A DNA stretch of 64,000 nucleotides, taken from IMG/VR virus record IMGVR_UViG_3300043959_000228; one strand, written 5' to 3'. Both the position numbers and the translations under genes were made by a program. Source of the DNA: a virus. Taxonomy: Duplodnaviria > Caudoviricetes. Shown one piece after another: positions 49,076-59,138 of the stretch; positions within the stretch are counted from its first letter, which is position 1, and every line of letters starts with the position of its first letter. The notes under the pieces were generated by a model. It was not told the origin of the DNA and did no database searches. It saw nothing but the letters and a program-made list of their open reading frames with translations.

Positions 49076-52000
49076 ATGATGCAGGATAATATGACCTACT
49101 CGCGTAAGGCCGTCATGTTATCATCGTATCCTCATCACGATTGGAAGCGTCCATTATCGTTCTCAGTGGCCGTCATCATACTCATCGCCTTATCATGCAG
49201 TTACATCTTCATGTCAGCGTCTAATGTTACGACGAATAATACTAGCTTTACCAGTGGATTAGATCTTAGTGGATCAGCATCAAGTCTTAAAAGTGCTCTA
49301 TCTGGTTTAGGACTAGAAGATACATCGAAGGCGTATGCAGCGTTAGCTTCAGATTGTAAGGATTCCGCCTCATCTGATGACGCTGAATCAAAATCAAATG
49401 GCTGCGTTGACTCCATGTTAAATACCAAAGTCGACAAGTCTGATGACAATGATGCAGTTATCGCTAAGGATAAGAACGGGAACTCGTGTCCAACCGTCGA
49501 ATACACCGTTGACGCTAGCGGATCGTGTGTCATGAATAATGATCTAAACACAACTGGCACGATTAAATCAAATCCTGGCGGTTTCATCCAGAAATCGATG
49601 AAGGATTCAGACACATATCAGTCATCAACACCGAGTCTGATGGATATCCTGTCCATGGTTGTTAATAGAGTGGTTCTACCCGGATATTACATTAATTCAG
49701 ATTTTCAGAATTATACTGGTGAGGGTAATAAGGTAGCTCCATATTCTGGCTCAAAGGGTACTCCGGCGGACATTGGCAAAGCCGCTGATGAACGAACATC
49801 TGTCAGCAAGGATTCATCAGATTCTACCGCCCATATGTATGCGTGGCGAGATATGGAATGTAAGACAGGTCTTACTGACGTGTTAACCGGTAAGACAGGA
49901 ACACCAACGTTGAATACGAGTAATTGCGATATTCCTAATATCAGCACTGAGGCCGTTCAGAGCTTAGCGTCATTAGTCACCAGCACTGGTCTACAGAACG
50001 CGCAGAAGAATAGCGCTAAGACACCATTCGGTCTTGGATATTCCTCTGATTTACTACCAACATCAGACGTACCAATCTCAGCAAGTCAACGAACAGACAA
50101 GTATACGGCATTAGAATTATTCGGTTATAATCTTAATTGGACATCGTATGCCGGTGAATTTGATCGAATCAACGTTATGTCTAGTGTAAGATTCTCAGCA
50201 AACATGAGTCTAGGCAACGCGCTGAAAGTCGCGGGCAACGCGCTGTCAGCTTTTGGCGAAGGATATTCATCAGATGCCGCATCTGATTGGGGCAAGTTCA
50301 CTGACTCTAATAATGATTGGTGGTCTAGAGCAAGTGGATTCTTCGGTTTCATCAATCCTGTAAAGCATTTAGCTGCGGGATTCTCAGCAGCTGGATACAG
50401 CCTTCTATCAGACATGTTATACTCAGTCGAATCGAGTTCTACGGAGACTGGAAGTTGGTATCGACCAGATTTCGTATCACAGACAGTCTATGGCGTTCGT
50501 GAGTTGACCTCTATCGAGCAGACTGCTCTAACGGCCTTTAAGACTAAAGCGGGCATGTGGAGTGAGATATCGAAGCATACCCTAGATCAATTAGATTTTA
50601 ATGCGTATTATGCGGCCCATGCTGTTCCAGCTGAGCCAACGTCAAAGGCCGTCACGCCCGATTCATGTGATGATAAGGACAAAGAGGACAAGAAAGATGA
50701 TAAGGGCAATGTTATTAAGGACGCTGATGGTAATACTGAAAGACAATGTAAGAAGGTACAGCAAGTAGAATCATGGTCTGATTATAAGAAGTCACAAGAT
50801 GTAGACAGTAAGGCCTCTGCTATAGGATTAGACGCTAGTAAATACGATGCTATGAATGGCGACGCTACCGTCAAGTATAAGGCCATGGCCTCTGATTGGC
50901 CTGCAGCCATGAAAGCGGCGGCACAGGCGGAGAACGAGAAGACGAAGCAAACGTCCTATAATAATCAGATCGATGGTATTATCGGTGACTCCATCAACAC
51001 TTATGGTGTGGTGAAGGATATGAATAATATCGGTAAATGGTATTGTGTAGACGGATCCGGTAATCCAGAGGGTAAATCGACAAATCAATTCGTCCAATTA
51101 GCCGTCCAACAGGGTATGATGTCTGATCCTGGTAAGGAGGCTTTTAACGCCCAAGGAGAATGGCAGTGCTCATCCAATCAGCCTAGGCCAACCATCATCG
51201 GTGGATTATACGGATCAGCTCATAAGGGTAATGATGACGCCTATAAGGATACTCGACGACAGGCCTATCAGGGCGTGAACATCTTCAACATTCTCGTCGG
51301 TAACAATGTTGACAAGCTTGGTAGCACTATGCTTAGTGTCAGCCAGAATGTCATCATGGTATTGAACACGCTCGTCGGTTGGAGTTTCACACCAATCCTC
51401 GATAAGATAGGATTCACTGATCTGGCTAAGAAGATGATTAAAGAATTGCGAGAGAGTGTGTACATGCAATTCATCGTCATCTTTATTGGCATTGCCGGTC
51501 TTATGGTCATCCTCAAATTGGTCAAGGGTCAACCAGTACAAAGCTTCCAGCAATTAGGATTAATTATCCTATCCGTGTTCCTAGGATTCATGTTGCTCTT
51601 TAACACGGCCATTATGTTTAAGGTTGTCGACGATGTGCCAACGGCCGTGGAGAGAGCAGCCATAGGAACGATATTCAGTAGTAGCGGCGAGGATAAGATC
51701 TGCTCAGCCACTGGTAAGCCTGCGGGAACGTTAAGTGCAGGAGTCTTTGAGGATCTATTCGGTAAGAACACTGGGTATAACCCTGATGCTCAAGTACGAG
51801 TACTGCAATGTCGTATTTGGGAGACATTCGTACTGACGCCATGGTCATATGGACAATTCGGATCGTCTATTAATCAGTTATATGCGACGGGATACTCTAC
51901 ATCAGAAGGCGTAGGAAATTCATCAGGGGAGTTCTCCGTCAGTCAATCAACGTCAGATCTTGTTGGCAACGCTGCCGTTGATATGGGCGCTAACACCACG

Positions 52001-55000
52001 TTACATAATTGGGGAATCTACCAGTTAGCTCATACGACTAGTGGAACCATATCAACCGAGGATTCATCGTCAAGTGCGAGGACCATCGACAAGAATATGT
52101 ATAAGCTCGTTGATCTGCAGGCTGGGCCTAATAACGCTAAGGGGAGGGATACATCTCGATGGAGCACATGGAATGGATCAAATGACAATAAGTTCATGAT
52201 TGGACTTACGGCATTACCTGCGGCCATTCTTGGATTGATAGCCATTGGCGGATTAGCCTTGAAGAAGATTCAATACTCTGTGATGAGTAGCCTTCTCCTA
52301 CTCATATCCCCATTCATGCTCCTATTTGGCGTACTGCCAGGTAAGGGACAGATGAAACTTAAGTCATATTGCTTCGAGATCATCAGTCTTATGATTAAGA
52401 GAGTCATGACGGTCGTCTTCATGAGCTTGGGATTAGAGGTCATGATTGAGATAGCTAATGGTTCGAACACGAGTTGGACAACAGTCTGCATCGGTTTGTA
52501 TGCACTATGTCTTATGATTATCTTCCACGCTGATGAATTAATTGGTCATATGTTCTCCAGTATTGATAAGCGACGACAGGGTTGGGATGAAAAAGAGCAA
52601 CGAATGATGAATGCTGCTACGAACAACACCTTCATGAACACGATGAAACAAAACGCTCATGACATCTTCGTTGGAGGTGCTGGAGCCGCCATAGGATTAG
52701 TCTTAGCTGGATCTGCTGGTGATGAGAACAGTCGTCGTAAAGTGCGTGATCGTCTGAATAAGCAGATGTTAGGATCAAACGGTCTTATCAAGAGGTCTGC
52801 TAATGGTGACATGACGTATGATGGTGATGGTATCGTCAGTCTAGATCTTTCCCGTGTTATGGCCGGTAATGGAACGAATTTCCAAGCACACGTAGGTTCT
52901 GAGACTCGTCGTATAGCCACATTGTATGCAGGATTACAATCATCTAAGCAGAATCTTGATGATATGAGATCGCGTGCTCAAGCCATCCAATTAGAGTTAA
53001 CGTCGATTAAGCATGATAAGAGCGCTTCCGCCGTGGCAAGACGAGCAGAGCTGAAGAGACAGCTTGCAGCTCTGAATATGAATATATCAAAGGCAGAACG
53101 TGTATACCAAGCGAAGAGAAAGAACTATATCAGCGTTCAAAATGCTTATCTTAGTAAGACGCGTCTTATGAGCACGATGGATCAGTCAGATCTATCTCAG
53201 CAATTAGCCGCTGCTCGTGGTAAGGGTGGTAAGGCTGCTGCCGAGGCTGTTGGTAACGTCATGTCGAATAAGATGAAACTCGCTCTTAAGGAAAGGAATC
53301 GTGAGGACGTCTATGATAGCAAGGGTCTAACAGTAGACGATATATCATTAGCTACTGAGGCCTCATTCCGTATTGATAGGATCATGCATCGTTCAAAGTT
53401 AAGCAGGTTGCGTAAAGGTCAATCAAACTTCCTGTTAGAAATGAATAGTGATATGAACAAGGAACTGAGTAATCAAATTAAGCAATCTCAATACGAGCTA
53501 ATGAATAAACTTCATGATGGATATTATGGTGTTGACGAGCGTGGCGAACAATTGAATTCATTGAGTGACGCGATCGGCATTAACGGTGTCACCGATGATG
53601 AGATCACCAGGATCATAGCATCGGCGCCAAATCCCATGATGCTTGAATCAGATATTGATCTTGCTATTCAGAGTGGAGATTGGCGTCAAGTAAGAGCTGG
53701 CATCGGTGATATTCTCAATAACGAGCGTCTAGTAGATGCTAAGATTGCTGATTGGAAATATTCTCCAGACGAGATTGATTATCTTGTGAATGCTCAACTT
53801 AGCGCTAGTGGAAAGGACTTAGCTTCCGCAACGTTACGGGAGGAGGATCTCGCTAGGCAGAAAGTTATATCCAACATTGATTCTACCAGAGCTGCGGATC
53901 TTGAAGGCATCAAATATGATATGGCTTATAATAACGTTGTAGATCGATTCGATGCGAATAGGAAGGCCGCCTTCAACGATTTACTAGGTCCAGAATATCA
54001 GGCTGCTCTTGCTGATGAAGCTACAGATGCTGGCAGAGCACGAATTAAGAATACAATGCAGCGTCTAGGCGGACAGCTTGACAATCAACTGTCAAATATC
54101 AATACTCAGCGTGAGACCCTACGTCAGACATATGGTGATGATGTCAATAAGATGCTTGGACAAGATAAGATTGATTACGATCAGGCTATGTCTAAGTTAG
54201 ACGACGAGGAGAAACGAGCAAGGCAGCAGTTCACTGATGCATCTAGGACTGTGGTTAAGTCAAAGGCCATGGAGGCTGAATGGGAGGATATTGCTCAGAA
54301 GAGGATTCAAGAGTTACGACAGAGTCACGATCCTTCATCATCAAAGCCGATATCGGATAAGCGATATGAGGAAGGTGTGGATAAGATCGTCGCGTTAAGC
54401 GCTAGAGTGAAGACTGCCGAGGGTCAATTAGACGCCGCTCTCATGGCTGTTGCCTATAAGGATGCTGTGACGCAATCTGGTTCTCAATACGATGATATTC
54501 AGCAGAGAATCAATGGATTGGATCAGGAGAAACGTCAGATCAAGGTTGAGCGTATACAGCTTGTCGCGAGCAGTAAGAAAGTTAAATCTGATATGGATAG
54601 ACTATCTAAGAAAAATGAGCAAGGCGGACTCACTCAAGATGAACGTACAGAATTTGATACTCTGGCGGCTCGTCGTTCAGATATTAACGATCAACTGACT
54701 GATAATAGTCGTCGACAGTCATCGCTCAGTAAGAGATCGAGTGTGTATCAGGACGAAAAATCTGATATGATCAAATCTGCTATCGATCAGAGAACATCTT
54801 CGCGTGGATCAATCATTGATCCTAGTAAGAATTATGCTGATCTATCTGATGAGGTCAAGAATGAGATGGAGTCTGTCATTAATGGTAACGATAGCCAAGC
54901 TACAAGATTCATTAATGGTACAACCGTGAAGAAAGATAATATTCATCATCGTGTACGAGACACCATGTTAGGGGACTCTATATCAATTTCGTCGGAATCT

Positions 55001-55903
55001 GCTAGAAGTGATGCTGACAATGTTCTACAGACGGCTAGGGTATCTCAAAGCGAACAGGATCATATAGCTAATGATGAGAAGGACTACACTGCCATCAGTG
55101 AGGGTCTTCAACGATCTGAGAAGCCAAGTCGTCGCTCTAAGTCGAATTGGACATCTAGTGAAGAAGCCAAGGCCTATAATGAATCATTAGAGGTCGATAA
55201 GCAGAATCATAAAGACTTTGACGCTGAGATTGCCTCATCAAAGTCTTCTGAGGACAAGGCTTGGGATTATGCTAGTAAACGATATGATGACGCCAAGCAG
55301 TATTGGAGGAATCACGGCTTGTCTGATGCCGATGCTGACGATCGTGCGTCGGCAGAAGCCTTCAAGGGATATAACGATATACTCGATCAAACGCACTCGA
55401 CAGGTCAACGATGGTCTCATGCTGACACCACAATTACCGTGAACAGTCAAGATGATTTCAATGAGGACGCCAAGGATAAGAGTAAAACCTTCAATGACTT
55501 CCTACACGAGCATATGACTGATCGTCAGGCTGGTAGTTATCAACCTGGTTCTGCGGCTCCATCAACGGCTAATACGCCGTCATTCCAGCCATTGCCAAAG
55601 CCTAGCGGATCTCGTCCTGCAACTAGCCAATCATCAACATCTAATAATCAGCAGACACAGCGAGCGTCTAGTGGATCGTCTTCAAATGTTAATGACATTC
55701 ATAAGGCAAGGAATCTTGTTGAGGACAATGCTAAGAAATTCAGGAGACGCCCGCCTATTGGTAAGAAGGACGATAAGATTTCTAAGCACCGCGTCCATAA
55801 TGATTTCACTGGAGAGGATTATTACGTTGTATCAAGTAAGGATGAGGAGCGCGACAACACCATCATTACTGATGATACTCTAAGGAAGACCGATGGATCG
55901 TGA
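49076..55903 (+). CDS. giant VirB6/TrbL-like membrane protein (paralogue 2) with ~1,000-aa coiled-coil tail
   Basis: YTALELFGYNLNWTSYAGE, CRIWETFVLTPWSYGQFG, HNWGIYQL, ISPFMLLFGVLPG; 2275 aa. Confidence 0.65.
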   Translation: MMQDNMTYSRKAVMLSSYPHHDWKRPLSFSVAVIILIALSCSYIFMSASNVTTNNTSFTSGLDLSGSASSLKSALSGLGLEDTSKAYAALASDCKDSASSDDAESKSNGCVDSMLNTKVDKSDDNDAVIAKDKNGNSCPTVEYTVDASGSCVMNNDLNTTGTIKSNPGGFIQKSMKDSDTYQSSTPSLMDILSMVVNRVVLPGYYINSDFQNYTGEGNKVAPYSGSKGTPADIGKAADERTSVSKDSSDSTAHMYAWRDMECKTGLTDVLTGKTGTPTLNTSNCDIPNISTEAVQSLASLVTSTGLQNAQKNSAKTPFGLGYSSDLLPTSDVPISASQRTDKYTALELFGYNLNWTSYAGEFDRINVMSSVRFSANMSLGNALKVAGNALSAFGEGYSSDAASDWGKFTDSNNDWWSRASGFFGFINPVKHLAAGFSAAGYSLLSDMLYSVESSSTETGSWYRPDFVSQTVYGVRELTSIEQTALTAFKTKAGMWSEISKHTLDQLDFNAYYAAHAVPAEPTSKAVTPDSCDDKDKEDKKDDKGNVIKDADGNTERQCKKVQQVESWSDYKKSQDVDSKASAIGLDASKYDAMNGDATVKYKAMASDWPAAMKAAAQAENEKTKQTSYNNQIDGIIGDSINTYGVVKDMNNIGKWYCVDGSGNPEGKSTNQFVQLAVQQGMMSDPGKEAFNAQGEWQCSSNQPRPTIIGGLYGSAHKGNDDAYKDTRRQAYQGVNIFNILVGNNVDKLGSTMLSVSQNVIMVLNTLVGWSFTPILDKIGFTDLAKKMIKELRESVYMQFIVIFIGIAGLMVILKLVKGQPVQSFQQLGLIILSVFLGFMLLFNTAIMFKVVDDVPTAVERAAIGTIFSSSGEDKICSATGKPAGTLSAGVFEDLFGKNTGYNPDAQVRVLQCRIWETFVLTPWSYGQFGSSINQLYATGYSTSEGVGNSSGEFSVSQSTSDLVGNAAVDMGANTTLHNWGIYQLAHTTSGTISTEDSSSSARTIDKNMYKLVDLQAGPNNAKGRDTSRWSTWNGSNDNKFMIGLTALPAAILGLIAIGGLALKKIQYSVMSSLLLLISPFMLLFGVLPGKGQMKLKSYCFEIISLMIKRVMTVVFMSLGLEVMIEIANGSNTSWTTVCIGLYALCLMIIFHADELIGHMFSSIDKRRQGWDEKEQRMMNAATNNTFMNTMKQNAHDIFVGGAGAAIGLVLAGSAGDENSRRKVRDRLNKQMLGSNGLIKRSANGDMTYDGDGIVSLDLSRVMAGNGTNFQAHVGSETRRIATLYAGLQSSKQNLDDMRSRAQAIQLELTSIKHDKSASAVARRAELKRQLAALNMNISKAERVYQAKRKNYISVQNAYLSKTRLMSTMDQSDLSQQLAAARGKGGKAAAEAVGNVMSNKMKLALKERNREDVYDSKGLTVDDISLATEASFRIDRIMHRSKLSRLRKGQSNFLLEMNSDMNKELSNQIKQSQYELMNKLHDGYYGVDERGEQLNSLSDAIGINGVTDDEITRIIASAPNPMMLESDIDLAIQSGDWRQVRAGIGDILNNERLVDAKIADWKYSPDEIDYLVNAQLSASGKDLASATLREEDLARQKVISNIDSTRAADLEGIKYDMAYNNVVDRFDANRKAAFNDLLGPEYQAALADEATDAGRARIKNTMQRLGGQLDNQLSNINTQRETLRQTYGDDVNKMLGQDKIDYDQAMSKLDDEEKRARQQFTDASRTVVKSKAMEAEWEDIAQKRIQELRQSHDPSSSKPISDKRYEEGVDKIVALSARVKTAEGQLDAALMAVAYKDAVTQSGSQYDDIQQRINGLDQEKRQIKVERIQLVASSKKVKSDMDRLSKKNEQGGLTQDERTEFDTLAARRSDINDQLTDNSRRQSSLSKRSSVYQDEKSDMIKSAIDQRTSSRGSIIDPSKNYADLSDEVKNEMESVINGNDSQATRFINGTTVKKDNIHHRVRDTMLGDSISISSESARSDADNVLQTARVSQSEQDHIANDEKDYTAISEGLQRSEKPSRRSKSNWTSSEEAKAYNESLEVDKQNHKDFDAEIASSKSSEDKAWDYASKRYDDAKQYWRNHGLSDADADDRASAEAFKGYNDILDQTHSTGQRWSHADTTITVNSQDDFNEDAKDKSKTFNDFLHEHMTDRQAGSYQPGSAAPSTANTPSFQPLPKPSGSRPATSQSSTSNNQQTQRASSGSSSNVNDIHKARNLVEDNAKKFRRRPPIGKKDDKISKHRVHNDFTGEDYYVVSSKDEERDNTIITDDTLRKTDGS

Positions 55904-55952
55904 GACTAAGATCTCATTGATATCTTCATCATAATAGTACGGGGGTGTAGTT

Positions 55953-58900
55953 GTGACACGATACGCGGAACGAGCAATGATCATTGGCACTCGGACTGTC
56001 GTAGGATATGATCGTAAGCTTATCTTCCGGCGAGTCCTCGCTATCATTATGCTTCTTGTAACGGTCAGTATGACGATGCTCTCCGTGGTCGCTATGCGAC
56101 AGCAGCAAGCTCACGCTGATTTCATTCAACACGTATTATGTACCTGGGGAACCGATGACGCATCAGCGTCCGAAAACGCAGACGATGATGGTGATTATAG
56201 CCCATCACCAGTTCGTATGATTTATCAGTTATCACAAACAGAGGACCTTGCTAAGTCACTCGTCTATAAAAGTGAGGTTGGAGCAGAATCGGCTCTCGGT
56301 AATGATAGCTGGCCTAATGTTCTGACGCGTAAAGATTTTGATAAGGCCACTCTTGATATTGTCAATACGTCTAATGCTACTAAAACGAAGTATACACCAT
56401 ACGATCTATACGGTTTCAGCTCCTTGAAATGGACTGGATATCAGGGTGAGTGGAATTGGATCAAAGTGTATTACTGCGGCGCTAGCGGCACGGGAGATGA
56501 TGCGAAGGACCCTGAGGACCAGAAACTCAATCTTTACTATCCAGATAGGAATAGACCTCGTGACCAATACGCCGACCGCTTCTCATCCTCTGATCCGAGA
56601 GTTCAGTTAAAGGGTGTAAACACTGCTGAAATTTATCGTAACAATTTTACGCTGAATATAGCGAATTTCATCTTCTCCATCACTAAGACCGTTGTAGCTC
56701 TGAATAATGCGTTTATCGAATTAAGTTTTAGTAATGTGGCTTCAGATATGGGATTAGATAAGGTTGCATCAAGTATCATGACTAATCTCATGAATGGCTT
56801 GTTCTTACCTATGGTTGTGTTCATGATTGCACTGACTGGATGTTACATTGCGTACAAGGCTCTATTCAAACGACAGACCACTGAGGCCCTGAAGGAGTTT
56901 GCAAAAGTACTATTATGCTTATTCCTAGGTTATCTTGTATTAGCCATGCCTACCGTTTTCGCTAATCTTGCAAATGATGTAGGCATCACCATGCAATACA
57001 TCGTTATGTCCGCTACTACTAGTACCATTAAGGGATCGTCGTCGGAAATGTGTAGCACAACCGTAACGGCGTCTACCGTTAAGAAAGATGACAGTCTATC
57101 ACTCTTCAAGAATGGTCATTTTAACACTAAGGGCATTCAGAATTGGGGCGCTAATCTAAGCAACGCTACTGGCAGGACGCTGTCATGCCAATATTGGCGT
57201 ATCTTCGCCGTTATACCTTGGTCATTAGGTCAATATGGTACTGATGTAAACAATCTGTACGCCTCTGGATATGCTGAGCAGAATGGCAAGGAGATGAATC
57301 CAAATGGAACTCAAGGCGATTGGGTCGGACTAGCGGCAGTTCCACTTGGAGATGGTCAAGTATCACATAATTGGGCTATCTATCAGATATCTGCTCAATC
57401 AAAGAATCATATTCCATCGACGATCGCTGACGCTAAGACCGGTGAGATCAAGAATGAGAACAAACTTGAGTATAAGAATGTTGATCAAGTCCAACGCAGT
57501 GGACGTATTATCGACTCGACGAATGGCGATTGGTGGAGGGTTGTTGACGCCGTATCCGGATATGACACGGTAAATCAAGATGGATCAACGAAGAGCTCAA
57601 CAACGAGTATTAATACTGCTGTAAAGAAAGCTAAGGCGGCGGTAGACGCCGGCGGACAGGGAACAGATTCTGCTAGTATGATAGCGTCAGCATATACATC
57701 AGCTGGTATTAAACTGTCATCCTCGTCAGTTGGATCATTAGCTAATGATGCTAAGACAGCTGGTTTTCATAAGATTACTGGTGCCAATTTGAATACTGGA
57801 GATGGGCTTAAACCAGGCGACATCCTTATTGGCGGTGGACAGGCCGCTATGTATTATGGATCAAAATCGACGTTATCGTCAAGTGGCACTGGTGGTCTTA
57901 GTGGATTCACCGAGGCTTGGAGAATGGGAACAGGTGGAAGCGCATCCTCCGTCAGTGGCTCTAGTTCGTCTGATGCTATAGCGTTCGCTGGTTCTGATGA
58001 TCTTCTCAGATATACGAAACTCGACGGTGCAAATCTCACCGATTATTGGAGTAATTGGATAGGCGGTAATGCGGCGAATCGTGTCAGTGTGGCTATTATG
58101 AGCCTTATTGCTCTTGTAGCGTTGATCATACCATTGTTCCTAGGAGCAACGTTAATCATACTGGCTTGTGGATCGGTCATTCTTATGGCCTTCCTTCCAG
58201 TGGTCTTATTGATGGGCTTATGGGCTGGTCCAGGTTCTCAGATTGTGAAAGAGTATATTCAGATGATTTGGTCAGTAGTGACGAAACGTATTGCCTTCGG
58301 CATGCTATACGTCATCATCCTAGTCTTAACATCGAAGATATTCAGTGGCGTTACTGGTTCGATGGATTATTTGAAGTCTATCATCCTAACACTTTTTGTG
58401 AGTTATGCTGTATACGCTAATAAGGACAAATTAGCAAGAATGTTTACTAGTGCTATGGGCGCGGTACAGAATAACACTTTAGAAAGAGTAGGTTCAAAGG
58501 CCACTGGAATGATGACCGGTGCTGGCAAATTTGCTGGTGGCGCTGTTGGTGGAGCTGCACTAGGTGCTGTCAAACGTCAGAAAATCTACGCTCAGGACGC
58601 TAATGGTGAATATAAACGCGACAAGTGGGGTAATAGAATTGTCACCGGAAAGGCTAGATATGGATCTATCAATAGTAAGGGTGAGGCTGTGCATGGAACC
58701 GTCAAGCAGATTCTCAATGGTGCTAGAAGAGGTGCTTCTGGAAGCATGAAGACCAGGACGAAGATGGGTCTGTATCAGAGTGAATTCGGTCGTCAATTAC
58801 TGCACACGAACGATCAGATTAAGTCTATCAAGAATAGGAACGCCGTGAGGAATGAATTAATCAACAGTGGCAAGACACCAGATCAAATTAATGAGGCGCT

Positions 58901-59066
58901 ACGTGAACGAATTGGTGAACCTTGCTCTATCTGTAATAATTCCTTCCTTCCGGAAGAACTTACCATGTACTCTACCCCTAACGGAAGCTATTATGTTTGT
59001 GATCAATGCGCAAGTGATTATGGTATCGGCTCTGGAGCCGATATCGAAGCAATTATTGGTATATAG
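55953..59066 (+). CDS. VirB6/TrbL-like membrane protein (paralogue 3) with inactive NlpC/P60-like insert and C-terminal CxxC..CxxC
   Basis: YTPYDLYG...WTGYQGE, CQYWRIFAVIPWSLGQYG, HNWAIYQI, FLPVVLLMGLWAG; CSIC...CDQC. Confidence 0.65.
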   Translation: MTRYAERAMIIGTRTVVGYDRKLIFRRVLAIIMLLVTVSMTMLSVVAMRQQQAHADFIQHVLCTWGTDDASASENADDDGDYSPSPVRMIYQLSQTEDLAKSLVYKSEVGAESALGNDSWPNVLTRKDFDKATLDIVNTSNATKTKYTPYDLYGFSSLKWTGYQGEWNWIKVYYCGASGTGDDAKDPEDQKLNLYYPDRNRPRDQYADRFSSSDPRVQLKGVNTAEIYRNNFTLNIANFIFSITKTVVALNNAFIELSFSNVASDMGLDKVASSIMTNLMNGLFLPMVVFMIALTGCYIAYKALFKRQTTEALKEFAKVLLCLFLGYLVLAMPTVFANLANDVGITMQYIVMSATTSTIKGSSSEMCSTTVTASTVKKDDSLSLFKNGHFNTKGIQNWGANLSNATGRTLSCQYWRIFAVIPWSLGQYGTDVNNLYASGYAEQNGKEMNPNGTQGDWVGLAAVPLGDGQVSHNWAIYQISAQSKNHIPSTIADAKTGEIKNENKLEYKNVDQVQRSGRIIDSTNGDWWRVVDAVSGYDTVNQDGSTKSSTTSINTAVKKAKAAVDAGGQGTDSASMIASAYTSAGIKLSSSSVGSLANDAKTAGFHKITGANLNTGDGLKPGDILIGGGQAAMYYGSKSTLSSSGTGGLSGFTEAWRMGTGGSASSVSGSSSSDAIAFAGSDDLLRYTKLDGANLTDYWSNWIGGNAANRVSVAIMSLIALVALIIPLFLGATLIILACGSVILMAFLPVVLLMGLWAGPGSQIVKEYIQMIWSVVTKRIAFGMLYVIILVLTSKIFSGVTGSMDYLKSIILTLFVSYAVYANKDKLARMFTSAMGAVQNNTLERVGSKATGMMTGAGKFAGGAVGGAALGAVKRQKIYAQDANGEYKRDKWGNRIVTGKARYGSINSKGEAVHGTVKQILNGARRGASGSMKTRTKMGLYQSEFGRQLLHTNDQIKSIKNRNAVRNELINSGKTPDQINEALRERIGEPCSICNNSFLPEELTMYSTPNGSYYVCDQCASDYGIGSGADIEAIIGI

Positions 59067-59138
59067 GTATTGCTTCGATGACTAACGGCCATATCATGTC
59101 CGCATATCTTAATATCATCTAATCTACGAGGAGAAGTT

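Noticed and set aside
52600-55903. Tape-measure or toxin domain in the tail of the 2275-aa protein
   Set aside because: Only generic coiled-coil and low-complexity sequence is present, with no catalytic motif or phage context.
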